A stretch of DNA of 64,000 nucleotides from Monocercomonoides exilis PA203 (GCA_001643675.2 LSRY02000055.1:1-64000), one strand, 5' to 3'; numbered from the stretch's first letter, positions 36,077 through 50,189 are shown. Program-made: numbers and translations. The notes: generated from the letters alone by a model not told the origin.

Positions 36077-37669
36077 ATGAAAATATCAACAGAAATAAAA
36101 TTAAAAGAAGGTAAGAAAAAACTGCAGCGCGCAATGTCTTCGTGTAAGTACAGGAAGTATCACAGTCGGCTGGAGTGAATGGCTCACAACGTTGTTGATG
36201 GAGTTGTTCGCATGACGGATGCAATTAATTCCAAGGAATTCAGCCGCACAGGTATCAAAAATGCTGTGAGAGCTCTCAGAAAAGGAAGGCTGGTTGGAAA
36301 AATTGGCAGACCTGAGGCAGTCGTTGGAGAAAAGGAACAAAGAGTTTTGGATATTATTCACATTGAAGCAAAGTCTGGAACATGTTTAACTTTGAAAAAA
36401 ACAAGAGAATTGGTTTGTTAAATTTTTATTAATATGTTTTAATCATTTGTTTTTCAGATAGAAAATGTTATAAACGACAACGATGATGAAGACGCACCAT
36501 TTACTGAAGTTTCAATGTCTGCAACTTACGGCTTTGTCAAGCGTCATCCGGAGCTGATGACTGGAACGCCGAAGAATTTGGACATTAACAGACTGGCTGT
36601 TTCGTGCAGAAGTGTTTTAAAACCCTGGTATAAAACACTCGACGAGCTTCATGAAAAGTTCCATTATAATCCTGCTTTTATAATAAACATTGACGAATTT
36701 TCAACGCGCGTTCCTACAGATTCTAAATAGCTTGTTGTGCAAACAGCAGACACAAAAGCAGGTTTTACGAAAGAACCACCAAGAATGATTAATTCTTCAT
36801 TCGTGGCAGCTGTTGCAGCGGACGGATATGCCTTTCCTTCTATCATTTTGTGGCCAAGCGTTAACTTGCCAGATGAGCTGAAATGCCTATTATCTCCAAC
36901 GCTTGAGATATGGGCAAAAGGAAGCGGCTGGATGGATAACGAGTGTTTTAAAAGGCATGCTCTCACCGTTCTTCTACCTTCCATCATCGAAAGAAGAAAG
37001 CGCATATCACTTGAAAATAAACACATTTTTCCGCTTCTTGATTCTCATGCTTCTCGTGTGGATCCATCGATCTGGCGAGAATTCCAAAAACAACAAATCG
37101 ATGCTTTTCCCTTCGTGCCACACAGCACACACCTCTGTCAACCACTGGACAGAGGAGTGTTTGCTGTGTTCAAATCTGAACTGACAAACAGATTTGAGGC
37201 TCCATCTTCCTCTTCATCTTTCTCCAAACGATCAGCAATTTCCGACGTTCTGCCTCAAGCCATCCACACTGCATTATTTCCTTATGTAATTCAGAAAGTT
37301 TTCGTCTGCAGTAGTGTTCTTCACAATTCTTCTGGTACAGTTCTTTTGATACTGCCCGAATCTTCAATTTTCCCTCTTCCATCCCGAAGTTATAGATACA
37401 ACTTTTATGGAAAAGTGATAACTTACTAAAACTTTTTTGAGAAATATGAAAATCATTTGAATGTGAATATTGAAAGGAAAAATGAAATGGATGAAAAGGA
37501 GAAAGATGAAGTGAAGACTGTTGTGGATGAAAAGAAAAAAATAAAAAGAAGATTTCTTCATGTGAAAAACGATGATTCTGATGAAGAAAAGAAAGATAAT
37601 GCATTAAATCGAGGGGAAGGAAAAAGGAAAGTTATCAGAAGTATTTATACAGATTTTGTTAACTTTTAA
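36077..37669 (+). pseudogene. DDE_1 (pogo/Tigger/Fot1-like) transposase pseudogene with an intron
   Basis: Catalytic motifs IINIDE, LLDSHAS and PHSTHLCQPLDRGVF, plus GWMD. Intron ~36413-36457 (GTTTG...TTTCAG). In-frame stops at ~36176 and 36728-36730. Confidence 0.85.
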
Positions 37670-37763
37670 TTATGTTGTTTTTTGAACTTTTCACATTTCT
37701 TTTTTTTGGGTCAGAATAAAGAAAAAGGGTCAGGATAAAACCTCAACCCAATTTAATATATAA

Positions 37764-38506
37764 AACTTATGCAGAAAATATTTTTTAACGAAAATTTTTT
37801 TTGACTTAGAGATCTCAATGTTTTTGAATTTTATTTTTTGATCATTAAATTGATGGTCTTTCCATGAATATAACATTCTGGAAGTTTTAAGCAACATCAA
37901 CATTGCACACCATATCCTTTTTATTATATTTATAACTTTTCACATTTCCCACGTTTCTTTTTCACTTGTTTTCTCATTTCATCGACTTTCCGATAAAAAG
38001 CAATTTTTTAAAAGAATGATGAATTGAAAAAAAATAAAGAGGAAATCCTTAATTTGTGTTTAAATGTTTATCATATGGAACACAAAAAAGCCTTGCAAAT
38101 TTGATCTTAAATCGAAAAATGAAAAATATCAATTTTTGTTGTTTTGATTTTTTTAACAAATCATATTTATTCAGAAAAAAATTATGTGAGAGTCCAATAA
38201 TACGTTGAGTTCGAAATGAAATATAGCTAATTTAATTCAAAATTTGTTTCTTATCCAATCAAAAACTTCATTTTATCGAAAAGCGGATGAAATGAGAAAA
38301 CAAGTGAAAAAGAAACGTGGGAAATGTGAAAAGTTATAAATATAATAAAAAGGATATGGTGTGCAATGTTGATGTTGCTTAAAACTTCCAGAATGTTATA
38401 TTCATGGAAAGACCATCAATTTAATGATCAAAAAATAAAATTCAAAAACATTGAGATCTCTAAGTCAAAAAAAATTTTCGTTAAAAAATATTTGCTGCAT
38501 AAGTTA
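37764..38506. mobile_element. Non-autonomous foldback element with ~235-bp near-perfect TIRs and a 9-bp TSD (Mutator-like)
   Basis: 37764-37998 is the reverse complement of 38271-38505. AATATATAA occurs on both flanks (37755-37763, 38507-38515). Confidence 0.85.
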
Positions 38507-39140
38507 AATATATAAAAATAAACACTTCCAGTTATTTTTCGTTGGCTTCAAGCTAGTTTTAAGTAATAGCCAGCACCACAAAAAAAGAGTGGGGGTAAAA
38601 TAGAGGTCAGAGGAAAAAGGATAACCCATTTTTTTTGTTTTGACGTTTTTGATTTTTTTTTATATGAAACGAAATCTATCTCAAAAATTTGTAATTTTTC
38701 AGAAAAATTGAAAATAAGGAAGTTATTTTCAGTTTCACCAATAAATTTCAAGTTTTAAAAAATTGTGGGAAGATCTTCAATTTTCTCTAAAAAATTGTGG
38801 CATTCTCAAATTTAAGTTTATTTATCAAAAAAATTATTATTTATGTTTTGTACAATTTTCAGAACATTTAACAACAAATAATGTGAAATATATCATTTTT
38901 CGTATTTATGTGACAATCATAAATATTAAAAATATTATATTTTCTAAATACGATTATTGAAATTTTTCTATGAACAATAAATGACTGCCATTATTCAAAA
39001 CATTTCAAAATTTCAAAGGAGAAAAAAAATTTGAAAATGTTTTGTGATTTTCATTGCCTGTAAAACAATGAACGCAATCATTGAAAACAATCATTAATAA
39101 ATCGAAGCAGTTCCTTCAATGAAACAAATGACATTCTATG

Positions 39141-39382
39141 TGTCTAAATTTTTTTGAAAAGTTCCATTTGTTTAATTTTCTAAAAAATAAAAAATTTCAT
39201 ATTTTGATCAAATTTCTGTTTCCACTAACGTAACTTCACCATGATAGAAGTTAAAACTTGATAATGCTATAATAGACTTTTCTGTGAAATTTCGTGAGTG
39301 GGAACAGAAATTTGATCGAAATGTGAAATTTTTATTCTATTTGAAAATTTAACAAAAGGAACTTTTCAAAAAAATTTTGACA
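39141..39382. mobile_element. MITE family A, intact copy (242 bp)
   Basis: Inverted ends TGTCTAAATTTTTTTGAAAAGTTCC / GGAACTTTTCAAAAAAATTTTGACA. Homologous to 18801-19286. Confidence 0.8.
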
Positions 39383-39944
39383 TGTCTTTTAATGTTTGAA
39401 AAATAGACAAAAACCGATGATTGAGTTGAATAAAGCGGCATTGTTGTCCGATTCATGAAGTGGGTTTCCTTTAAACCATAACAAATTTGAGCCGAAAATG
39501 AACAGATCATATCCATTGAAATGATTATCCACTGGATAAAGAAGAAAAGAAGCAAATATTCACAAGCGATTTACTGATTAATTGGTTCTTTCTGAATAAA
39601 TGTCTTTCTTCATCTGTTATATCTATTCACCTTGCAATAAAATCACTGTGTTTGGATCGTATGGTCGTTTGAATAATCTGAGCTAAATGTGAAAATTTGT
39701 TCAAAGTCTTATTATACAAAATGTTGATTATAAAGGAAATACAACTAATTTTTGAATCGATCTGTCAGTAATAAGACACATGATTCAGGATTTGGAGCTT
39801 TTCACAGACAAGAAACAAAATAAAACAATACGTAGTTTTGTTTAACATTTTTTTCCATGGAGAACGAGCACACAAACCTTTTGCCCTTAGATTTTATTGA
39901 AATCAACTTTATCCATCACTTCTCAAATTCACCAAAATCAACTA

Positions 39945-40944
39945 GGGTGATTTATAAACCCGAATATTTTCATAAACCCGGTTATTTTTTTTGTTCGTTG
40001 AAACAGAATAAATACAACATAAAAATATAAAAAGCAAACATTTATTTATTTATTTAACAATTTTATGACAGTACTAGAATTTTTTTGTTTCAATTTTTGT
40101 TTTTGATGAAGATCTGAGGAATTTTTAATTTATTTTCGATCATTTGTTTTGCTTGTTTTAAGCCAACTCTCATTTTTTGTTTATTTTTAATTCCAATGTC
40201 ATAAAACATGCATATTGACCTTTAATAATTCCAAATGTTCTATGTTTTTATCTTTTTTTTCGATTGTTTTTCACATTTCATCATTTTTGTCAAAAAATAT
40301 GAATAAATGAAAATTATGAACTGTAAAATATTTTTAACATATTAAAAATGATATGCATGAAAAGAAAAAGGTTTGCATAAAGCATTCACCAAGTTAAAAT
40401 TTTATGAAATGTTGTTGTTTTCATAGCACACATCTAATATTGAAAATGATAAAAATGTTCATTTTGCGTTCATTTTTATTTAAAATGACTAATTATTAAG
40501 ATAACCAATGCATTATTATCTTATCTATACGTTATTGTAACATATAAATGTTTATGTCATATAAAAGCATAGATATTTTCATTTTTTCATATTTTTTGTC
40601 AAAAATGATGAAATGTCAAAAATATTCGAAAAAAAAGATAAAAACATAAAACATTTCGAATAATAAAACTTCATTGCGCATGTTTTATGACCTTTTAATT
40701 AAAAACAAACAAAAAATGAGAGTTGGCTTAAAACAAGCAAAACAAATGATCGAAAATAAATTAAAAATTCCTCAGATCTTCATCAAAAACAAAAATTGAA
40801 ACAAAAAAATTCTAGTACTGTCATAAAATTGTTAAATAAATAAATAAATGTTTGCTTTTTATATTTTTATGTTGTATTTATTCTGTTTCAACGAACAAAA
40901 AAAATAACCGGGTTTATGAAAATATTCGGGTTTATAAATCACCC
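39945..40944. mobile_element. 1000-bp foldback element, TIR starting GGGTGATTTATAAACCCG, flanked by TA
   Basis: The first ~240 bp are an almost perfect inverted repeat of the last ~240 bp, and the match continues imperfectly to ~370 bp. TA lies on both sides. Confidence 0.9.
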
Positions 40945-41932
40945 TAGATATAATTTGAAATTTCATATTTTGCAATATGAAAAGGTTCTGAAACGACTTT
41001 CACATTTTTTTGCAGATGCTGAACACAGATTAGCCTTGCCATTCCGAAGACAAAGAAGCGAAGATAAGAAAGTTACTTGAGTATTTGATCAGTGCATGCC
41101 TCTGTCACCACGTGCGCTGCAGACACTGTATGGATATGCTGTGGCGCTTTCGGCCACACTTTCAGTTTCGCAGGTGAAACCACATCTTTCACTTGTAGTG
41201 TTGGTGGGTTCATTGTAAAGGAGAAAGTGGATCTTAGCATCGAACGGCGTGAACGGGTTATGTTAGATCTACGATTTGTTTAATACTTCTAAGTTTCAAC
41301 CATCCACTGCCCAACTGGTGTTCCGATCCGCGCAGTCGAGGAGTGTGACGGTGACGACGGAAGACGAATTGATAATATGAGGAGTTGCAGAGAATGAAGT
41401 GTGGAAGATTGAGGAGATGGTGGTGGAATTGGAAAGGAAAATTCTGGAATTGAGTCAGAAACCCAATGCAGAGGTGAAGGAGCTGATGGAGCAGGTGTTG
41501 CAGGGGGACATTGGCGGGGGCAGGGAAGGCGGGGCTAGAAGAAAGAGGTTAGAGGGAGTGATGTAGCTAGGAGAATGAGCAGAAGATGAGGCGAAGAAAA
41601 GAAGAAGAAAAGGAAGATCACAAATGATGAAATGAAGACAGATGCAGTGTGAATGTTTGAATGAGGGAGGGAGAGTGTGTGGGTGATGTCGAAGTGGAAG
41701 ATGAGAATGAGAAGATTGAATGAAATGAACGAAGAACACACAATTTTTGTTGAATATTCTTCAGATTCAACTGAAAATATTGCTTCAGAACGAAATCTTT
41801 TCTCTTTTCTCTTCTCTTCGCTTCTTATTTGTTTTTTCACGTGCTCGTTTTCTTTTGTCTTTCTTCTTCAAATTTTCTTCTTTTCTGAGTTGAGATGAGA
41901 TGAGATGAATGGAGATGCATGGAATATTCCAT

Positions 41933-43387
41933 CTACAGATACATTAAATATTCAAAAGTGTTTTTTGATAATTTACGATAATCATTTTCGTTTAGAAAAG
42001 AAATGAATCCATCAAGACTTTCAATGATATCTTCATATCCTTCTTCCTCCATCCTTTCGAATATCTTTCTTTTCAACACTTTTCTTTTTGCTTCTTCCAT
42101 TTCATCTTTATTCTTTTCTTTCAATCTTTCTGAAATCTTCAAAAATAATTCCAAACATAAGAATATCATTCCGTCATCCAACGTTGGCCACTGAATCCTC
42201 TCCAAAACAACATCAATTGCTCCGCTTTTCAACAAGTCATCAATTTTCACAACTTTATTTCCTGCTGCTCTTTTCAAGGAAGATATGCACTGATTGCGAA
42301 ATCCTCCGTAATTTTCCTTTGCTGCTCGAAATACCCGAACAATTCTGCTTAAAATCTCAACAAATTCTTCATTCCGCAATCGACAACAGAGAAAATAAAT
42401 CTTCAATGTTACGATCCATCTCATCAAAGCAATTTCTTCTTTCGCTTCTCTTCTTCTTTTTCCATTTTCCTCTTCTTTCTTCTTCCAATCCACATTTCTT
42501 GTGAGCTCTTCCAGTTCTCTTGCTGCTTCTCTTCCAAAATGCAGCTCATTCACAATCACTTCATTCAAGCTTTTATCATTGTCCAATCTGTAAATCAAAA
42601 AACCCCAAGCAGACTGATAGGCAAGTCGTGTCAGATTGTGATGTTCCTGATGATATTGGATTATCTCTTTGATTTCATTCAAATACAGTTCTTTTGGCAC
42701 TTCCTAATAAAAATCGGAAAAAATCAATAACTTCAAAAATGAAATAGAAATAAACATACACTTAATACAATATTGCTCAAAGCCAGCAAAGCCAATTCAA
42801 CTTCTTTGAGAATTTCCTCGTCTTCATCTTTCTTTAATGAAACTTTCAAAAGACATGGTACACAAATTAAAGTCAACTCATCAGGAATGCCTTTGGAAAG
42901 CAAAAGACAGCATTCGCAAAGATCTGCCAGTAGCTTTTCGTTCTTTTCTTCATTTTTCTCTTCTTCATTAACAATCATTTTCTTAAATCTTCCTCTTAGT
43001 AAAGAACTTTTAAAAGCATAACTAAACCATTCAAAAAGAACTTTGCAATATCCAACGCGCTTCAATAACAACAATGCATTTTCCATTGACATTTTCTTTT
43101 CTTCAATCATCTTGTATATTTCATTGAACAGTTTTATTGTGAAAATTGATCCAAATTCTTCTTCATCCATTTCATTAATCAATCCATTCAACTCTTCAAT
43201 TTTCTGTTTCTGTTCAACTTCTCTGCAACGTTCAAGCTCATCGAATAATTCTGCAAACAAGTTTCAAAATACAAAAATTTTTGTTCAAAAGTGTTTGATC
43301 CAAATAAATGAGCAAACTTGAAAACTGCTCGGTTTTGGTCATAGCCTGAACTCCTTTTTCACATTTATCATCATTTGGCAAACTCAT
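41933..43387 (-). CDS. Lineage-expanded uncharacterised family protein, copy 3 (3 exons)
   Basis: ATG at 43387 (MSLPNDD). ORF pieces 42733-43260 and 41933-42700 are separated by short GT-AG introns at positions equivalent to copies 1 and 2. Motifs EIIQYHQEHHNLTRLAYQSAW and RMEEEGYED are present. Confidence 0.85.
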
Positions 43388-44399
43388 CCTGCTTGTTATA
43401 AAAATTTTCAAAAAGAGGAGCAAAGCTTGGCAAATAACAAAATAATACACAAATCCACACATCGTTTATAATCTCGCAAAATAAAAACGATCGCAATACA
43501 AACCGTTTTATATTTGTTATATAAAAAGAAGTGTTAAAGAAGTTGCGAAGAAGCCTCAAGGATTGGCTGTATAAGTCCAGAAATGTGAATTCTTTGTTTC
43601 TTTTTGATCGAACCAACAAAAAATTTTAGTGAAGAAAAAGATAAAGATTTTCTGTTTTCGTTTTGTAAATTGAGTTTGTTTTTTATTGGTTTGAAATTGG
43701 GTATGCTAATTGCACACAAAAAGAGATTTCTGGATAAAAGAAAAAGAAAATCAACAATCAAATTTCATCAAAGAAAAGGCTTTTTCGACAATTGACAAAC
43801 AATGTTCAGATTGAAAATAATGAAAACAAATAATTGCATGCTCAATGAATTTCATTTGATTATTTTCTTGTTTTTCAATTTTAAGTTTTATTTCAAGATG
43901 ACCCATCAGATTTGTGAAAGAAATAAACCAAAAATCAAAAAAGAATTGTCGATTCAATTCGAAAATCAGTCAAACAGCAGAATGAAATGGAAGAATTATT
44001 TTTCAGCGAAATGACTAAATTTTGAAAATTCTTGAAGGTCCATTTCCAACATCAAGCATGGCAGGACAAATAATTGGTGGAACAGCTTCAATGAATGAAA
44101 AAGACATTTTTCTTTTTGTTTTCATCATATGCTTTGTGAAATCAAAAATCCATATGACTTGGATTGAATGGAGATCAGATGAGAAATGTCGTGAAGGCAG
44201 CTGTGCAATGAGAAGCATCCAGGAAGCACAACAATTCAACAACACCTTCAATTGTTCATCAAAAACCAAGAAGAAAGGAATCGGAAAATTCAGCTGCTTC
44301 ATCAAAAGAATGAAGAGAGCAGAAGGGAATTCGGATTCATTGTCCGAATTCCTTCCTTTTGCACACACTTTTCTCTTTTTTGGAGCAAAATAAAAATTC

Positions 44400-47300
44400 G
44401 TCATTGTACTTCAATGGCTGATGAGAATGAATTGACAGCCCTTTTTGAATCTCTTTTCAATCCTTCCTTTTTTCTCTTTTTTCCTCAACAAACAGCACAC
44501 TCAGTGAAAGAAGAAACACCTGTCTTTTCACTCATTTCTCATCTGACACTCTCAGAATATTTCATCTTCTGCATTGCCTTCTCTGCAAAGAACAGCTCTT
44601 GTCAAATCAACATCCTCTTTTGCAGTTGCTGAACATGCTGAAATGACACATGTGTAGCCACAGCTTCTTCAATGGTGATTGAAAGAATGTTGAATATGCT
44701 TTGGACGAAACAAAAGAAAGAAATCTCTCAGATATGTTTTTTGAATTCTGTTTGAATTGGTGATGATTCAATGAAGGATTTCTCCTCATCATCAACTTCT
44801 TTTCTGATTCAATCTTTCTTTTTCTTCTTCTCCTTTTCAAACAATCTTCCTCATCGCTTCTTCTTTCTTCATTTGTATTTCTTGAAACAAATTGGCCGAT
44901 TTATTTACTGGATTCTGTTGCCTTCCTCGTTGGATTTTTCAAATTATTCGAAGAAGAAGAAGAGGAAGAAGCCGAAGCTGAAGAAGAAGAAGAAGAAGAT
45001 GATGATGACAAAGAGGAAAAAGAAGAAAACAATGAAGATGAAAGAGGACGAGAATGTGAGTGTGCATTTGAGAGGAAAAGAGGCGTGGATGGCTGTGTCT
45101 GTTTCGTGAAATGAAAGAAGGAGAAGGAAAAAGAAGGAGAGGAAGAAGAAGAGACTATTTAAGCAGTACGAAACACAGCCGCTTCCGCCGTTGCTAAAGA
45201 GGCAGTGGAGAATGCATGTCTGGTTGCACTGATGAAGTCATCGGTGTTGGAAAAGAAGAAGAAGAGGAAGAGGAAGAAGAAGAAGACGATGATGAAGAGG
45301 AAGAAGATGATGGAGGAGGAAGAATAGAACACAAATAGAAGGATTTTTGTGGTGGAGATGAAGGAGGAGGAGGAGATGAAGAAGAAGAGGAAGAAGGAGA
45401 AGGAGAAGAAATGGGAGAAGGAGAAGGAGAGCGAGAAGGAGAAAACGAAGAAGAAGAGAAAAAATTTGAATAAAACAAAGATAAAGAAGATGAAGAAGAT
45501 GAAGAAAGCACGCCAGGCTGTGTGAAGAAGAGGCCAATGGAGAGGAAGAGGAAGAGGAAGAAGAAGAAGATGATGATGAAGGAGAGGACGAAGGGGAGTT
45601 TTGAATGCCGACTGGACTCTGAGGAGAGGAAGCTGGTCTGCGCGGAGAAGATGCAGTCAGCAGCATCACAGAGGCAACAAAGGTAACAGCAAGAGCTCTG
45701 GAGTTTGTTCAAAATTCAGTCTTCTCCATCAGCTCTGTCTCCAACGCTGACAGAAACGCTGGGAAGCGGTCGTGGCAGATACCTGTTGCCCATGCTTCAC
45801 GGAAGAAGCTGATTGGATTAAGAAAAAAAAAATAAGAAAGAAAAAAGAAAGAAAAGAAAAAGAAAAAGAAAAAGAAAAAGAAAAAGAAAAAGAAAAAGAA
45901 AAAGAAAAAGAAAAAGAAAAAGAAAAAAAAGAAAGAAAGAAAGAAAAATTTTTTGAAGAAAAGTCGATAAATCACATAGAAATTCGCATAATTGTTTGAC
46001 ATTTGAATGTGAAAAAGATAAAAACAGATAAATAACACACATGATACATGCAAAAACAATGAAGATAATAAAAACATAGGTAAAATAGCAAACCTTCTCA
46101 AGTCAGGAATTGCACCTTTATCACTTCTTGAACAGAACGAAACATGTTGGCGATTGTTTGTGTTAGTCCAAACAGACTGGTAAGATTTGGTGTCTCAATG
46201 ATTTCTATGGTGATGTTGTTCATACAGGCATTTCAATGCAGGTTGTCAATTAGCACATTCACAAAATGAATGTTGAAATCAATACATAAATCCCTGTCAA
46301 GAATGTCTGTTCACAGGTAAAAAAGAAAGTTCAAAGTCAAAAGTTTTGAAATTTAGTAAGAATATGAAATAAAAACAAAAGTTAATATAATAAAAATAAT
46401 AATATTTCTTTGTTTCATCAAAAGAAAATCAACGCAAACATTTGTACAAATGTTCCCCATCACCAACATTGATCCGCCTGAAATTCTGTTCATTTATCTC
46501 ACTGAGCTCAGAATATCCTCCACCTTTCACTATCTTCACTTTCCTAAAACACCCTATCTTTAAAAATCTAGTCAATTTTGTTTGCAATAAGCTAATTTTC
46601 CCCAAAGATAGACGTTTTCATTTACAAGTCTCAAAAAGCTTGCCACATTGGGTGAGTCCAACTTAGCCTCTTTGACTGCTTCCTTGTCCTGTGTTATAAA
46701 CTGTGTCTTCTTTTCGATCGTAATCCTCTTTGACCGTATGATATTCTTCTTCGCCTGCGTATCTGCCCCATTCGACACAAACAGCTAAGAATCCAACGCA
46801 GACAAATTGATCCCACCGATGTTTCCATTTCCCCTCTTCTTCTGCTGCTTCCGCCACATTCGTCAGGATCTGCTCTGTGTTGTCGCAAAATTCCAACCCC
46901 ACAAAGCTTTCCACACTCTCTTCTATTGTATCCTTCCAGACAATGCGAAAAACAGCGCAGGTTAGAGAACTTTGCAAGGGGGGTACGCACCTAAAATGAG
47001 CTTGTCATTCGTCGTATCAAATTTCTCATCGACAGTGAGTCTGTCGTTTTAAACAATCGAGTTCTCATTCAGCGCATGAAACAGGTTCTTGTGCACATCC
47101 AACTCCACACAGGAAATATACAATGAGCGCTCAATATTCACAGACGGAATCTTCTTCGTCTGCTCTCGACTCTTAAGCTTCCTGAGCAAATCCATTTCGT
47201 GATGAAGGCAGAACGAACGAGGCGTGGCAAGCGCAAACAAAGAGACGTCGCAATAAACATGCTAAGTGTTCCACACATGTTGTGAGCATTGGAAGTTGTC

Positions 47301-49730
47301 TATCTTATTCTCTTCCGCATCTGCTCCATCGCTCCCATCAAACCTCCTTTGCTCCACAAGCACTGCAAGCGCACCTTCCTCTCCTTCTCTTCCCGGATTA
47401 TCGATCCTTTGTCCTATTTTCTTCATCTTCATCTTCTTCTTCAGCAGCATTATGATTGCCAGATCTCGTCAATTTCTTCTTTTTCGTTCTTTTAAAATTG
47501 AACCAACTTCGGCTGAATACATTTTGTGACTGTTCAAGAAGGAAGATCCATCTGTTTAATTTGCATTTGCTTCTGATATTGCTGCGCAACTTCTATTGCT
47601 CTCAAACTTGCTCCCATTCTGCTCGAGCTGCCCTATGAAGATGACAATCCACCAAAAGTTAAATCACTTCCCCCTCCTTCTCCTTCATCTCTTCTTCTCG
47701 AAAGCAAACCATCCTCCATCTTCTTCAGCTCTTCCATGTTGCATCCATTGCTAAATGTTCAGTTGAATATCTTTTCTTCCTTTTTCCGCTAGTCTTCTTC
47801 TTCTGAGTTGATATCTTCTTTACCATTCGTGTTGGTTTGTTGTAGAAATTCTTCAAAGCTGAAATACACTTAGCATTCTTTTTCTTCTTCTTTTTCATTA
47901 AAAATCTCTCTTTCTATTGCTCCTTCCTCCTCCTTCTCTCTCTTTCCTCGCATTCATCGATGCAAAATGCTCCACTTTCATCTCCTCAAAATCTGCCACT
48001 TTCTCTTAATCAAATGCATTGAATGTAATAAAATCAGCTCTGGAGATGAGATTCGATTCAACTTTTTGTTTTTTCAGCCGAGCGTTTCGTGAGCTGCATG
48101 GTTGTTTGCTTGTTTGAGTACAAAATGTCCGTAAAGGAACACGTCATCTTTCAGAACATGAAGCAGAGTTGGCAAATAAAATGAGAGAATGAAGGAAGAG
48201 AGAAGGAAGAGAGAAGGAAGAGAGAAGGAATAATGAAAGAAGAGCGATGATTTATGAGAACCATTTTGTGTGTGCTCTGATCGCATGCATCTGACGCAAA
48301 TGAGAAGAGTTGAGGTATCTTAATCGCCAGGTCGTTTTGTTAGAGATTGCTCTGGAAGAGATAAGCTTGTGACAGAGAAGATGCAGAAATATAGAAAGAA
48401 GAAGAAGGTTGAATTCTTATTAAAAAACACAAATTTTGCTGAAGAAAAAGAAGAAGTGTTCGAATGTATTAAATTTCAAAAAAAATATAAAATAAAAATA
48501 TCCCTCTTTCGCCCTTCTTTTGTGAATTGCGGAATTATTTTTTGTCGGCGAGGCAAAGAAGAAAGTTATTTCTTAATTGATAAAAGAAGAAGAAGAAGAA
48601 GAAGAAGAAAAGAAGAAGAATTATTCGAAAGAGAAGAAGAAGAAGAAGAAAGACTTATCCGCCTGTTGCAGTTGGCAGCAGATATGACAAAGTCGCTTTG
48701 TTGCCATCGCCCGCAACAACTGTAGCAAAACAGCCCAATCCTAAATCAGAAGCCGAACAGAGCCTCAAAACATACAGAACTTTGCCAGCAGAAGTCGAAA
48801 TACTGTTGATGGAGACGGGCAGAAGATAATTCCCAACTCAAATTGCTGTATAACTGCCCATGGCAACGAAACGCCAAGCTTTAGACTCTCCCTTGTAGCA
48901 GCTCGGTGAAGGTTGAAGAACGGTAACAGCTGCAGGGTGCTTCACTAATCTTGCCATTCTTGCAGGAACACAGGCCTAGACTGATGCTTTTGTCACAAAT
49001 CATTCTTTTTTTCATTTAAGCACGAATTTTTGGAAAGTCTTGCTTCTCTGCGCATATTCCACAAAACATACATGCATCTTTCCAACGGCAGCAGCAGCTG
49101 TTTTACTCCCATTGATGTCCCTGATCTCCACTCTCATTGTTTTGCATTGTTCTCTAAGTTTTTATTCGCAATAAATATCCTTCCCTCGATATTGCCTGCC
49201 ACTTTCCTTGCCAAAAAAGCTTCTCCTTTGCCTTAGGCTTCAAAATTCTATATAATTTTGCAGATTTTGTCCTTCACAGAATTCCATCCATAAATCTTCA
49301 TTTAATAAAACATCAGTTGAATTTGTTTTCACCTCTTGTTCCAAATAAAAATCATATATCTTGCGTAACTTCATTTATTTCCAAATTGCTATACAATAAT
49401 CTGCTCCGTTCTCAACGTATTGCTCCACAAAGCGGGGATTGGCCATTTCAACAATAACTCACATTCCTGCACTTTGGAGAGGATACAGATGGAAATATCT
49501 TCACAACATATAGAACTATAAAAATCACATACATTATGTCTTTTTGTGTAATTGATGAAATTGGTGTGTTCCCCTTGGCCATCCAATTACCAAAAATCAT
49601 CAGATAGAATTCCAAAAATATTGCATAACCACCATTTCTTGTTGCCTCCACAGGAAATAATATTTCAAATTCTATAGGTCATGCTCCCTCACGGATTTCT
49701 CATTCTGTGAATGGAATATTCCGTTTTTTC
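44400..49730 (-). pseudogene. Decayed intron-containing coding sequence(s), product unknown
   Basis: Many short minus-strand ORFs with coding-like composition, Ser-rich low-complexity blocks and intron-like T-rich tracts. No long intact frame and no recognisable domain. Confidence 0.4.
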
Positions 49731-50189
49731 AAATCTGATGATCATTGAATCTATAACAAAAACTTGAAGTAATTTTTTCAATAAATGAGTTATTTTGTTG
49801 TGAATTCCAAAAAAGTGGAATGTTCATTGAATTGAATGTTATATTATTTGTTGAAAAATTGATCGAAATAAAAGAATTCAATAAAAAAAATTTTTTTTTA
49901 CATTATTAGATGTTCCTTTTGATAAGTTATTAAAGCATACCAAAAAAAGTTAAAATGGCATGTTGACAATTAAAAATCAACTGAATTGAACGAAAAAATG
50001 TTGATGGTGAATTATAATTGGTGTGTGAAATGAAACAAATCTTTGAATTACATTTCAACAAATAATCACACTTTCAATGCGATTAATGAGGGACAAAAGA
50101 TTCGAAAAATTCTATGATATTCACAAATATATGCTTTATGAAACAAAAAATAAAGTTAAATTGCTCTGAAAGAATTGGAAATCTCAATT

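Larger units (their letters stand above)
35659..38627 (+). mobile_element. Putative full extent of a pogo-like DNA transposon with degenerate long TIRs
   Basis: ~35670-35762 (TCTGACCTCT...TTTGTGGAGCTAGC...GCCAACAAAAAATAACTGGAAATGTT) is the imperfect reverse complement of 38521-38612. The pair encloses the DDE_1 transposase gene. Exact ends are uncertain. Confidence 0.6.
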
